Below, one piece after another: positions 41,568 to 51,996 of a stretch of DNA of 64,000 nt (position 1 is the stretch's first letter; the number at the start of each line of letters is the position of its first letter). Made by a program: the position numbers and the translations under genes. The notes below the pieces were generated by a model. The model ran no database searches. It had not been told where the DNA came from and saw only the letters and a program-made list of their open reading frames with translations. The stretch comes from an uncultured bacterium. Lineage in GTDB: Bacteria; Krumholzibacteriota; Krumholzibacteriia; LZORAL124-64-63. Where the stretch lies: the NCBI GenBank assembly GCA_963732385.1, contig CAVSZB010000005.1, positions 1 through 64,000 on the forward strand. The letters are read 5' to 3'.

Positions 41568-42221
41568 TCAGCGGCCTGCGATGCCGGGCGGTGGCGGGAA
41601 GCCCGGCAACGGTCCGGCCGGCGTCGTTTCGCCGTCGCCGCCGCCGCCACCGAGACTCATGGCCAGACCGCCGACCACGCCGACGATCAGCGCGATGCCC
41701 AGCGGCTTGGCGAAGAACGACTTGCCGCCCTTTCCGGTCTGCACCGGCGTCGGCTGCCAGGTCGGCTGCGGCGCGGGAGCGGGCGTCGCGGGCGACACGG
41801 TCGCCGGCGCCGACTCGCTGCGGCAGCCCGCCGCGGCCTGATCGAAGTCCACCTGCTCGTCCCTGGGCAGCACGTCGGCCTCCGGACGCCAGCCGGCGTC
41901 GATCCGGAGCGCCTCGCAGAACATGTCGCGCGCGATGCTGTGATTGCCCAGGTTCACCAGACAACGCGCCTTCAGCACGTAGGCGTCGCGCAGGGCCGCA
42001 CCTTCGAGCGTGCCGCCACTGATGAACTCGTTGCAGATGTCGAGCGCCTTCTGGAAGTCCGCGAAATCATACAGATCCTGGGCCTGAGCGAGTGCCGGAG
42101 TCCCGGCCGCGAGCGCGGCCCCGATCCAGAGCCCGCCCGGAGCCACGGTGGCCAGAAAGGCGATCAGGGTCGCCAGGCCCAGAACCCGAAAAGCGTTGTG
42201 GCGACGGTAATTGCCCATCAT
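41568..42221 (-). CDS. Exported TPR-like protein with C-terminal hydrophobic/Gly-Pro tail
   Basis: Signal peptide, TPR-like helices, KPLGIALIVGVVGGLAMSLGGGGG...PLPGFPPPP. Confidence 0.65.
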   Translation of the reverse strand: MMGNYRRHNAFRVLGLATLIAFLATVAPGGLWIGAALAAGTPALAQAQDLYDFADFQKALDICNEFISGGTLEGAALRDAYVLKARCLVNLGNHSIARDMFCEALRIDAGWRPEADVLPRDEQVDFDQAAAGCRSESAPATVSPATPAPAPQPTWQPTPVQTGKGGKSFFAKPLGIALIVGVVGGLAMSLGGGGGDGETTPAGPLPGFPPPPGIAGR

Positions 42222-42315
42222 CTCCGGTCCCCCCTCCTGATGACGATCTGCAGTCCGGAACGCAGCATCTGACAATCGCCCGCACGGCTCAAGGAAAATT
42301 TGGGCGGCGCAACGG

Positions 42316-44456
42316 TCAGGGCGCCGACAGTTCGAAGCGGATCCGGATCTCCTGGTTCTCGGCCAGCCTGACCTTCACCCGCCCCTCCCCCCCGCGCCGC
42401 GGCTGAAAGTCAGCGCGCCGCCATCGCCCGCGTTCTGGGCGCCGGTCACCACGTAGCCGGGGCAGCGCGCGCCGATCGTGTGCTCGCCCGCCTCCAGCTT
42501 CACCTGCAGGAAGGGGGTCTGCTGGCCGGTGTCGATCCCGTCGATCGTCACGAACGCGGCCGGGGTGGCGGCCACGCGCAGTGAGCCGGTCCGCTCGAGG
42601 AAGCGGTGGTGCCCCAGCGCGAGCGTCTCGCCGGCCGCGATCTGGAAAGCCGGCAGGTCGAGGCGCCCGTACGACGGTCGGTACCGCAAAGAGACGGCGT
42701 GACGCCCGGCGTTGGCGGCCATCACGGCGACCTTCGCCCCCTCCTTGACCAGCTTCCCGTCCAGATAGACGTCCGCGTACGGAGAGATCACCACCCGCGC
42801 GTAACCGCGGCCCGGCGTCGCCGCGACCGTGGCGGAAGCGGCAGGGGGGGCGGCCACCGGTCGTTGTTGCGCCGGCGCTGTCGTGGGCGCTGTCGTGGGC
42901 GCTGTCGTCGGCGCTGTGGTCGGCGCTGTGGTCGGCGGGGTCGACGCAGCCGGCGGCGGCGTCGACAGCGGCGCGTCGACCGGCGCTGCGGGCGCCGGCG
43001 TCGAAACCGCCACGGTGTCCGGCGTCACGCCCGTGCGCGCGAACCGCGGCACGGGAGAGAGCAGGCGGCCGCCGATCATGATCGCCGCGGCGGCCACGAC
43101 CACCAGCACGGCCGCGGCCGCCCAGCGCGAGCCGGGCGAGGCGAACCATGAGCGGAGGCTGCTGCCGGACCCGGCGCCGGCCGTGCGGCCGGCCTTCGGC
43201 GCCGCCGCCTTCGGTTCGGGCGGGCGCGCCCTGCCAGCGGTGCGGGAGGCGGGGGCTGCGGAGGCCTTGGGCATGACGAGCGTGCGGCCGGTGGCGTCCT
43301 CGTCGGCGCGGGCCGGGCGGGCGGCGACGGCGAGGCTCTGGCCCGATTCCTCCGCCCTGCGCTTCAGTTCGCTGATCGCCTCGCTGGCCTTGCTGTTCTG
43401 CGGGTCGAGCGAGAGGACGTAGTGGAACTCGCGGATCGCATCGCCGATGTTCTCGAGCCCCATGTTCTTGAAATGGAAGCCGGCGTTGAGGTGGGCCTTG
43501 ATGTTCTGGTGCCGCAGCTCCTCGGCGAACGCCATCGGCTCCTTGGCGAAACGGGCCAGGTAATCGCGGCGGTACTTGATCAGGGCGCCCGACCGGTCGA
43601 TGCTCTCCATGCACTCCTTGAGCGCCAGCAGCACCTGGTCCATGTTCTGGTAGCGCTTCGCCGGGTCCTTCGCGAGCATCTTCTCCATCAGGGACGAGAG
43701 CTCCGCGGTCAGCAGCGGGCAGGCTTCGCGGGTCAGCGGCGCCGGCGCGTCGTTGATGATCGACTCCTGCACGGATGTCGGCGTGTCCCCCTTGAACGGC
43801 TTCTCCCCGGACAGGAGCTGGTAGGCCATCACGCCGAGCGAGAAGATGTCCGTGCGATGGTCGAGGTCGTCCCGGCCCGCCGCCTGCTCCGGCGACATGT
43901 ACGACGGCGTGCCGACGACCATCCCCGGCAGCGTCAGGTTCTGGGCGGTCAGGCGCGCGAAGTCGCGGGTGTCGCGGGCGAGGCCGAAGTCGGCGATCTT
44001 GATCTCGCCGTCGTTGCTCAGCAGCACGTTGTTCGGCTTCATGTCGCGGTGGATGATGCCGGTCGTGTGGGCGGCCTTCAGGCCGTAGGCCACCTCTTCG
44101 AGGATCAGCAGCGCGATCTCGGCGGGCAGCGGCCGCGAGCGGCCGGCGGCCTTCTGGAAATCGGCGAACAGCTTCTGCAGATCGGGGCCTTCGATGTACT
44201 CCATGACGATGAAGTACATGTCGTCTTCGGAGCCGAAGTCGATCACGCGGGCGATGTTGTTGTTCTGCAGCGAGGAGGCGGCCCGCGCCTCACGCTCGAA
44301 GCGGGCGATGAAGCTTTCGTCTCCGGCCAGGCCGGGGTGCAGGACCTTGACGGCGACCGAATAGTGCAGCGTTCCGTGCAGTCCCCGGTAGACCGTGGAC
44401 ATGCCGCCGGAGCCGATCTTCTCCTTGATCTCGTAGCCGTGGAACGTCGCCCCCAC
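42316..44456 (-). CDS. Membrane Ser/Thr protein kinase with PEGA domains; apparent frameshift in C-run near 42385-42395
   Basis: GSGGMSTVY, HRDMKPNN, DFGLAR, GTPSYMSPEQ; TM; PEGA; plausible C-terminus (KVRLAENQEIRIRFELSAP) in another frame ending at 42316. Confidence 0.9.
42874..42933 (-). repeat. 5 x 12-bp tandem repeat encoding TTAP linker
   Basis: ggcgctgtcgtg/ggcgctgtggtc units. Confidence 0.85.
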
Positions 44457-44490
44457 GTCGCTCCCTCCCCCCTGTGCGGACGCCGTGCTG

Positions 44491-46875
44491 TCAGGTCCGC
44501 GGTTTCCGCTTCAACTGCAGGTCGATCTTCAACCGGTCCCCCTGCGCGATCGTCACGCGGAAGGAGGTGTACTTGCCGCCGGAGCTGAGCGGCGGGAGCT
44601 GTTTCTGGCTGCCGTCGGCGGCCACCTGCGACGCGGTCTGCACGGTGAAGTCGTCGCTGCGGACCGTCAGCGTATGCTCGCCTGGCTCGAGACGGCCCGT
44701 CCACGGCGTGTTGCCGACCCGCTCCTGATCGATGTCCAGCGGGACCGGATCGGTCGCCTCGATAGCCACCTCTCCGCCACTGAGCACCATCTCCAGCCGC
44801 ACGCCCAGGGTCTGCCCGCCGCTGATCCTCACCTTCTTCATGACCGGCGCGTAACCCGGCTTCTCGGCCCGCACCTCCCAGTTGTCCGCCGCGGTCAGTT
44901 CGGTGACCACCGGAGCGGTGCCGACCGGCCGCCACGGCTCCCCGGCCTGGCGCACCAGCACGGTGGCGCCGTCGGGCGTGACGCGCACGCGGATCCGGCC
45001 GCTGGAGCTCACCGCCGGCGCGGCCGCGGCCTCGCTCGGGGTCTCGGCGATCGTGGCCGGCGCCGGCACGGCAGCCGCGGTCCCGGGCGCGCCGGTGGCC
45101 GCGACAGCGGGCGTTTCGCCCTCTCCCTCCGGAACGAGCGCGCGCAGCTGTCCGCCCACGGAGGTCGTTTCACTCCCCGCCGCCGTCACGGCGAGCACCG
45201 TGTCCGCGTACCCCGCCAGCGACAGCCGGAACTCCCAGGCGCCGACCGCCAGGTCCGCCAGCACGCAGGCGGTCTGGCGACCGGTCGGGGTGAAATCGGC
45301 GGTGCCGGCCCGCCGCATCCAGACCTGCGCCCCTGCCGGCTCGCTGGCCACCTGTACGATCGCCGTGGCCGGCGGCGCGGTCGGGCCGCGCCGCGTGAGC
45401 AGGACCGCGGCCACCGCCACGATCACCACCGCTCCGAGCGCCATCGCCACCATGCCCCGTCGCCGGCGCAGCCCCTCCAGAATACCGGCCACGGGCGACG
45501 CGGCGGCGCGATCCGGCCGCGCCTTGCGCGGCTGACGCGGCTCCCGCGGCACACGCGGCGCACGCGGCGGCGGCGGCGCAGCCGCAGCCGGCTCCGGCGC
45601 GGGCGCCGCGACCGGCTCGGCGGCGCGCCGTGGCGGGCCGGCCGCCGGCATGACCATGGTGCGTCCCGACTCCACCGGGTCGGCGGCATCGACATCGTCG
45701 GGCTCGTGCGCGCCGAGCGGACCGGCGCCCGTGGGCGGGGGCGCGGCGCGCATCGTGACCCCTGAATCCTCGGCCCGCTTGCGCAGTTCGGCCAGGGCCT
45801 GCGAAGCCTTCGGGTTGCGCGGGTCGAGGCGCATGACGTGACGGAATTCGCGCAGCGCGTCGGACATGCTGGCCAGGCCGAGGTTCTTGAAGTGGAAGCC
45901 GAGCCGCAGGTGCGAGTTGATGGCCTGGTGGCGCAGATCATTGGCGGTGGCGGCCGGGTCCCGGGCGAAGCGCTGGAGCAGGTCGCGCCGCAGCTTCACC
46001 AGCCCGCCCGACGAGTCGATGCTGTCCATGCACTCCCGCAGCGCGTGCAGCACCTGGTCCATCGACTGGTACCGCTTGCCGGGATCCTTGGCCAGCATCT
46101 TGCTGACCATCTCCTCCATCTCGTTCGTCAGGAGCGGGCACGAGGTCTCGGCCAGCGGACGGGGCGAGGCGTTGATGATGCGCTCCTGCACCTCGGTCGG
46201 GCTGTCGCCCTGGAACGGCTTCTCGCCGGCGAGGAACTGGTAGGCCATGACGCCGAGCGAGAAGATGTCGCTGCGGTGATCGACGTCGTCCCGGCCGACC
46301 GCCTGCTCCGGCGACATGTACGAGGGGGTGCCGACGATCATGCCCGGGCGCGTCAGGTCGTCCGAGGCCATCCGCGCCTGGTCGCCCGTGTTGCGCGCGA
46401 GACCGAAGTCGGCCAGCTTCACCTCGCCGCGCCGGTCGATCAGGATGTTGCTCGGCTTGATGTCGCGGTGGACGACCCCCTCGGCATGCGCCTCGCGCAG
46501 CGCGTACGCCACCTCTTCGAGGATCAGCAGGGCGATCTCGGGCGGCAGCGGCTGGGCCGCGCCGCTCTCGGCGCGCAGCATCTCGAACACCTTGGCCAGG
46601 TCGGGCCCGTCGATGAACTCCATCACGATGAAGTAGCAGTCATCCTCGCTGCCGAAGTCGATGACCGAGGTGATATTGACGCTGCGCAGCGCCGAGGCCG
46701 CCTTGGCCTCCCGTTCGAAGCGCGCGATGAACTGCGTGTCGCCGGCGAGGCCGGGGTGGAGGATCTTGACCGCGACGGGATAGCCCAGCGTCGTGTGGAC
46801 CCCCTTGTAGACGGTCGACATCCCGCCCGCGCCGATCTTCTCGTGCACTTCGAAGCCGTGAAACGCTGTAGCCAC
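44491..46875 (-). CDS. Membrane Ser/Thr protein kinase with PEGA domains (paralog)
   Basis: GAGGMSTVY, HRDIKPSN, DFGLAR, GTPSYMSPEQ; TM; VASEPAGAQV-type PEGA repeats. Confidence 0.93.
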   Translation of the reverse strand: MATAFHGFEVHEKIGAGGMSTVYKGVHTTLGYPVAVKILHPGLAGDTQFIARFEREAKAASALRSVNITSVIDFGSEDDCYFIVMEFIDGPDLAKVFEMLRAESGAAQPLPPEIALLILEEVAYALREAHAEGVVHRDIKPSNILIDRRGEVKLADFGLARNTGDQARMASDDLTRPGMIVGTPSYMSPEQAVGRDDVDHRSDIFSLGVMAYQFLAGEKPFQGDSPTEVQERIINASPRPLAETSCPLLTNEMEEMVSKMLAKDPGKRYQSMDQVLHALRECMDSIDSSGGLVKLRRDLLQRFARDPAATANDLRHQAINSHLRLGFHFKNLGLASMSDALREFRHVMRLDPRNPKASQALAELRKRAEDSGVTMRAAPPPTGAGPLGAHEPDDVDAADPVESGRTMVMPAAGPPRRAAEPVAAPAPEPAAAAPPPPRAPRVPREPRQPRKARPDRAAASPVAGILEGLRRRRGMVAMALGAVVIVAVAAVLLTRRGPTAPPATAIVQVASEPAGAQVWMRRAGTADFTPTGRQTACVLADLAVGAWEFRLSLAGYADTVLAVTAAGSETTSVGGQLRALVPEGEGETPAVAATGAPGTAAAVPAPATIAETPSEAAAAPAVSSSGRIRVRVTPDGATVLVRQAGEPWRPVGTAPVVTELTAADNWEVRAEKPGYAPVMKKVRISGGQTLGVRLEMVLSGGEVAIEATDPVPLDIDQERVGNTPWTGRLEPGEHTLTVRSDDFTVQTASQVAADGSQKQLPPLSSGGKYTSFRVTIAQGDRLKIDLQLKRKPRT

Positions 46876-46897
46876 GCCGCCTCCCTTTTCGTCCGGC

Positions 46898-47671
46898 TCA
46901 GGTCCGACTCTGCCGGGCCACCACGACCGTGATGTTGTCGGGGCCGCCCTCCTTGCGCGCCCGCTCCACGAGGAGCTGGCAGGCGCGCTGGGGCAGGTGC
47001 ATCGAGACGATGCGCAGGATTTCGGGGTCGTGAATCACTTTGATCAGGCCGTCCGAGCAGAGCACCAGCGTGGCCCCCTCGGCGAAGATGACCGGGTTGC
47101 CGATGTCCGGCTCCACGCCCTCCTCGTTGCCGAGCCAGCGCGTCAGGACGTTCGACAGGCTCTGCTTGTCGGGCGGCAGCGTCTGGCCCTGGCGCCGGTA
47201 CTCGCCGCCGAGCGAGTGGTCTTCGGTCAGCGGGAAGAGCTGCCCGTCGTGCGCGAGATAGGCGCGGCAGTCGCCGATGTGGCCGATCACCAGCTCCTGC
47301 CCGCGGACCACGGCGGCCGTGCAGGTCGTGGCCATGTTGGCGCGCAGCGGACTGGCGGCCGCATCGGCGAGGATGGCCCGGTTGGCCTCGAGCAGCGTCT
47401 CGTAGAGGGCCGCCCGCAGGTCGGTCGGCACGCCGGCGGCGAAGAAACGCTCGCCGAAGGTCTGCACCGCGATCCGGCTCGCCACCTCGCCCGCCGCGTT
47501 GCCGCCCACGCCGTCGGCCACGACGAGCAGCAGCGCCCCGGGCGCGGTGTCGCAGGTGAAGATGCCGACCGCGTCTTCGTTCTTCTCGCGCCGGCAGCCG
47601 ATGTCGCTGAGGCTGGCGTGCAGGAGTCGCAGGCCGGTGGCCGGTGACGTCGGCGGGCTGTCGTGGTTCAT
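46898..47671 (-). CDS. PP2C-family Ser/Thr phosphatase
   Basis: REKNED, VADGVGG, HIGDCRAY, LCSDGL, GGPDNIT. Confidence 0.93.
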   Translation of the reverse strand: MNHDSPPTSPATGLRLLHASLSDIGCRREKNEDAVGIFTCDTAPGALLLVVADGVGGNAAGEVASRIAVQTFGERFFAAGVPTDLRAALYETLLEANRAILADAAASPLRANMATTCTAAVVRGQELVIGHIGDCRAYLAHDGQLFPLTEDHSLGGEYRRQGQTLPPDKQSLSNVLTRWLGNEEGVEPDIGNPVIFAEGATLVLCSDGLIKVIHDPEILRIVSMHLPQRACQLLVERARKEGGPDNITVVVARQSRT

Positions 47672-49041
47672 GAGCCTCCTCTGCGACCCGGGAGCGCGAG
47701 GCCCGCCGGACGCGTTGTCCTGCGATAGACGAGCCCGACCGCGCCGCCCAGGAGCACGCGATCGCCTTCGCCGATGGTGGCCGTCCGCACCGGCCGTTCG
47801 TTGACCTGCGTCCCGTTCGTCGAGCGCAGATCGGTGATGATGACCGCGCCCCGCCGCACCCGCAGCACCGCGTGCTGGCGGGAGACCCGCGGCTCCGCCA
47901 CGACGATCGTGTTGCCGGCCGCCGAGCCGATCGTGGCGCCCGAGCGCGGCAGGCGGTGCACGGTCTGGCGTCCGCCGGCCGTCACGACCAGTTCGCCGGC
48001 CGAGGCGAAGCGCAGCCGCGCCAGCACGACCGCCGCGACGATCAGCACCAGGGCCGCCAGCAGCAGCGCCGGCCAGCGGCCGATGCCGCGCTCGGCGAGC
48101 GCCCGGCGGGCGCGCAGCGTGCCGTCGGCCGCGAGCTCGCCGTCGGCGCGCGTCACGCGCAGCGTCACGTCGGCCGGCAGCCCCACGCCCGGCGCGGCAA
48201 ACCGCGCCGCCAGCGCGCCGTCGACGACGGCCACCAGCCGCCGCACCGCCATCCCGGCCTCGCCGGCGCCGGCGGTCAGCAGCCGGCCGCCGCTGCCGTC
48301 GGCCAGGCGCCGCAGCCGCGCCGCCTCGGCGCCCGCCGCGTCGGTATCGCCGAGCAGGACGACGTACACCGCCACCCGGGCCGAGTCGGCGGCCGCCAGG
48401 CAGCTCACCGACGAGTAGCGGCTGCCCTGCCCCTGCCGGCCGCTCGTCACCACGATGAGCGTCCGCCGCGCCGGCAGCTCCGGAAAGGCCAGCACGGCCA
48501 GCGCGTCCTTCACATTGTCCCACAACGGGACCGGCGTGTCGCCGGCGAGGTCGGCCGCGGCCGGCGGGCGGGCCGCTCCCGCGCCGCCGCCACCGCCCGG
48601 CGCCAGCCGCCGCAGCGCCCGCGGACGCGACCCCGTCGCATAGAGTCCGCGCCAGGCGTCGGGCGCGGCCTGCCCCGCGAACGCCGCCAGCGCCTCGCCG
48701 CAGGCCGCCACGGCGTCGGCGGGCAGGCCGCGCAGATCGGCCAGCACCGCCACCGCCGACGGCGCGCCGCCCGGAGCGGGGGCGAACGGCAGCAGCGTCG
48801 GCGCGCCCACCGGCCCGCCGCCCGCCGCGAGCGTCAGCGCCGCGGCCGGCACCGCCAGCGGCAGACCGCCGGCGTCGACCAGCGTGAACGGGAGCTGGTA
48901 CTGCCCGCCCGTCAGCGGCACGCCCGGCTCGAGCCGCAGCTCGGCCGCAACCCCCTGGGCCCGCGCGCCGCCCCCCGGCGCCAGCAGCGCAATCACGACG
49001 GCCGCCGCCCGCAGCGACCGGAATCCGCGGCGTGAAAGCAT
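47668..49041 (-). CDS. Membrane protein: extracytoplasmic degenerate vWA-like domain, TM, cytoplasmic FHA
   Basis: Signal peptide; TPVPLWD...LIVVTSG...SGG; TM; IGS...VSRQHA...DLRSTNGTQVN. Confidence 0.75.
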   Translation of the reverse strand: MLSRRGFRSLRAAAVVIALLAPGGGARAQGVAAELRLEPGVPLTGGQYQLPFTLVDAGGLPLAVPAAALTLAAGGGPVGAPTLLPFAPAPGGAPSAVAVLADLRGLPADAVAACGEALAAFAGQAAPDAWRGLYATGSRPRALRRLAPGGGGGAGAARPPAAADLAGDTPVPLWDNVKDALAVLAFPELPARRTLIVVTSGRQGQGSRYSSVSCLAAADSARVAVYVVLLGDTDAAGAEAARLRRLADGSGGRLLTAGAGEAGMAVRRLVAVVDGALAARFAAPGVGLPADVTLRVTRADGELAADGTLRARRALAERGIGRWPALLLAALVLIVAAVVLARLRFASAGELVVTAGGRQTVHRLPRSGATIGSAAGNTIVVAEPRVSRQHAVLRVRRGAVIITDLRSTNGTQVNERPVRTATIGEGDRVLLGGAVGLVYRRTTRPAGLALPGRRGGS

Positions 49042-49140
49042 GTCCGCGCCGCCCCTCCCCACGGTACGACCAGGTGCGCCGGCGGGAGAATCCCGACCCG
49101 CGTGGCGGAGTCTAAGGCGCGGCGGCGGGCATCGCAATCG

Positions 49141-50934
49141 CTAGTCGACCGGCAGATCGAACTGCTGTGGGCAGCGCATCACCACGGCCGCGGCCAGGAA
49201 GCGCGACACGTACTCCCGCGTCTCCTGCGGCAGACACGGCGCGTCCTTGCGCACGAGGTCCCAGAACTTCCAGCGCGACCACCAGTCGATGTTCATGCGC
49301 CGCAGGCAGGCGCGCAGCCCGTTGTCGCCCTTGTTGTAGGCGGCCACCGCGCACATGCAGTCGTTGGAACCGTAGGCGATCATCAGGTCCTGCAGGTACT
49401 GGCAGGCCGCGGTCGTGGCCCGCACCGGGTCCTTGCGCTCGTCGACGGTGTCGTCGACCCGCAGGCCGTAGTCGCGGGCGGTGCCGCGCATGAGCTGCCA
49501 CATCCCCATCGCCCCGGCCGGACTCTCGATCTCGGCCTGGTAGCCGCTCTCGATGAACGGAAGGTAGCAGAAGGCCTGCGGGATCCCCTGCGCCTCGAGC
49601 TGCGAGCGCAGCATGTCCAGGTGCGGCCGCGCCCGGCGGAGCGTGCGCAGGGTGTAGTCGCGCCGGTCGACCGTCCACATCCGCACGGCGCCTTCCACCT
49701 CCGCCACCATCGTGCCCGGCAGCGCGTCCAGCCGCGTGTCGACCCCGAACTGGGCGAAGATCCGCGACAGCTCCTCTTCCAGGCTGAAGGCCGGCGGCGG
49801 CGGGACGGCCGGCGCCGTCTCCTCGGCCGCGGTCACCTCGGGTTCCGGCGGCGGAGGCGGCGGCGGCCGCCGCCCCTCGCGCAGCTCCTGCAGCAGCGCG
49901 AACGGATCGCGGTCCCGCAGCCGATCCCGGTCGATCCGCTTGGCGGTCTCGCGCAGCGCCTCCCGCACTTCGTCGTCGCTCTGCCGGTCGGGCGGCAGCC
50001 GGTCGGCCGCGATCAGCGAGCGGATGGCGATCTCGAACTGCGCCTTGGCCACGGTGTCGTTGGGCGGCGAAGCGTCGTAGGCCACGAGCGCGTCGTCGAG
50101 GCTGCGCCGCGCCTGCTCGACGTACATGTCTTTCGTCCAGAGCCGCTCCACCCGCTCGCCCGCCGGCCGCAGCGACGGCAGCAGCAGCACCCCCACCAGC
50201 ACCAGCGCCGCGATCCCCAGCACCATCGCCCCATGCACCGAAGGCACGGGACACAACTGCACGGTGAAGACGACATCGGCGAACCCGACCCGGTCCCCCA
50301 CCCGCAGTACCCGCTCCTTGACCGCCTCCCCGTTGACGGAAGTGCCGTTCCTGCTCCCGGCATCGGTGAGCAGCAGCCGGTCCCCCCGCCGCTCGATCCG
50401 CGCATGCACCCCCGAGATCTGCGCCAGCGGCAGCAGCAGATCGGCCCCCTCGTCCCGCCCGATCACGCTCAGCTTGCGCGCCAGCAGCAGCGAGGCTCCG
50501 CCCGCCCGCGTATCGCGCGACACCAGCCGCAGACAGAGCAGCCCCGCCGGATCAGGCAGCCGCCGCCCCGCCCCCCGCGCCCGCACCGGCCGCTCGAGCG
50601 AGAACACGAACTCCCGCTCCGGCCCCAGCCGCAGCACCGCGCCGTCCCGCAACGGCGCCCGCCCCACCCGCTCCCCGTCGACAAAGGTCCCGTTGGCGCT
50701 CCCCTGGTCCTCGACGAACCAGACCGCCCCCTCCTGCACCAGCTGCGCATGCCGCCGACTGAGCGCCGCATCGTCGATACAGAGATCGCACCCCGCATCC
50801 CGCCCGATCAGCAGCCGCCCCCCGGCCGGCACGCACACGTCGGCCCCGCCCGCCCGCGGACGCACCCGCGCCCCGCAGGCCGGCCGCGCCCCCGCGCGCC
50901 CCCCCGCTCTAAGTCCGCCGGAAGTGTCAGCCAT
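49141..50934 (-). CDS. FHA-FHA-TM-lytic transglycosylase (MltD-like SLT) fusion
   Basis: Two FHA (IGR...SRRHA...SANGT; IGR...SGVHA...SRNGT); TM; IESGY...AMGMWQLM...TARDYGL...DERKDP...AAYNKG...ETREYV. Confidence 0.88.
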   Translation of the reverse strand: MADTSGGLRAGGRAGARPACGARVRPRAGGADVCVPAGGRLLIGRDAGCDLCIDDAALSRRHAQLVQEGAVWFVEDQGSANGTFVDGERVGRAPLRDGAVLRLGPEREFVFSLERPVRARGAGRRLPDPAGLLCLRLVSRDTRAGGASLLLARKLSVIGRDEGADLLLPLAQISGVHARIERRGDRLLLTDAGSRNGTSVNGEAVKERVLRVGDRVGFADVVFTVQLCPVPSVHGAMVLGIAALVLVGVLLLPSLRPAGERVERLWTKDMYVEQARRSLDDALVAYDASPPNDTVAKAQFEIAIRSLIAADRLPPDRQSDDEVREALRETAKRIDRDRLRDRDPFALLQELREGRRPPPPPPPEPEVTAAEETAPAVPPPPAFSLEEELSRIFAQFGVDTRLDALPGTMVAEVEGAVRMWTVDRRDYTLRTLRRARPHLDMLRSQLEAQGIPQAFCYLPFIESGYQAEIESPAGAMGMWQLMRGTARDYGLRVDDTVDERKDPVRATTAACQYLQDLMIAYGSNDCMCAVAAYNKGDNGLRACLRRMNIDWWSRWKFWDLVRKDAPCLPQETREYVSRFLAAAVVMRCPQQFDLPVD

Positions 50935-50936
50935 GA

Positions 50937-51899
50937 TCACGTCGCCGCAGGCAGCGGGAAACACCGGAAGAGGAACCGCGTGCCCCCCATCTGCACCCGG
51001 TCACCATCGCGCAGCGCCTGCTCGGTAATCCGCACGTCGTTCACGAGCGTCCCGTTGGTGGAGTTGAGGTCCCGCAGCACGTACTGCCCCCCCCCGAACA
51101 CCACCTCCGCATGCCGACTGGAAAGGAACCGATCATCCCCGATGATGACATCGCACCCCGCCACCGACCCGAAGCGAAGGGTCCCGGCCGTCAACCGAAA
51201 GTCCCGCCCCCGCTGCGCCCCACTGACAGCCACGAGCCACGCCACCAACTCCTGCCGCCCCACCGGACTCATGAGGACAGCCGTCTTGTCGAGATCGTCC
51301 ACCGTCATCGCCCCCGGCGCCGCCACCGGCACCACAGGAGGAGGAGCAGCAGGAGGCGCAGGCGGCACATAGGCCGGAGGAGCCAGCAGGCGCAGCAGGA
51401 GCCGCCGGCGGAATGACCGGCCGCGCCCCGATCACCGTGATGTCATCCCCGCCCCCACCGGGTCCCCCCACCCCCGGCCCCGTCGGCACCCGACGGATCG
51501 GTTCGGAAACCGGCCGCGCCACCGGCGCATGCTCGATCCGCCGCACCGGCTCCGGCGCCCGCTGAAAAGGTTGAGGAGCAGGCGGCACCGCGCCAAGGGA
51601 GGAGGCGCAGCAGGAGCAGCCGGACAGCAGGAGCAGCCGGCCAAGTCGGCGGCCCCGCCGCCGGCGGCAGGAGACGTATAGGCAGGAGCCCCAGCCCCCG
51701 CATGAGGCGCCGGCGGCATCGGCTCCGCCGCCCGAGCCCCCCGCCCCGCCGCCGAACTCCCCCGCTCGTCATCTACAGGGATGAAATCCCCGCTAAGATC
51801 GCTCCCCCCCTCACAATAAGGACAGCTATCCCAAGACGGATCCAGGAGATGCCCGTTCGCACAATGCCGCACCTTGTTCTTCCGCTTCCCGAACAGCAT
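50937..51899 (-). CDS. Zn-ribbon / Pro-rich linker / FHA protein, broken by several apparent frameshifts
   Basis: N-term CANGH...CPYC from ATG 51899; Pro-Ala linker switches frame; C-term LSSRHA...DLNSTNGTLVN. Confidence 0.75.
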
Positions 51900-51965
51900 G
51901 CTCCCCCATCTCCCCCGCAGGACGGCCAAGCCAGCTAACTTTGTGGCTTGAGAAGGGTTCGGGGC

Positions 51966-51996
51966 AGTCTACCAACGGGGGTGCGGGGATTGTCAA
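51966..51996 (-). promoter_or_regulatory. Possible sigma70 promoter for FHA-kinase-tss cluster
   Basis: TTGACA, 19 bp, TAGACT on minus strand; spacer is long. Confidence 0.3.
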
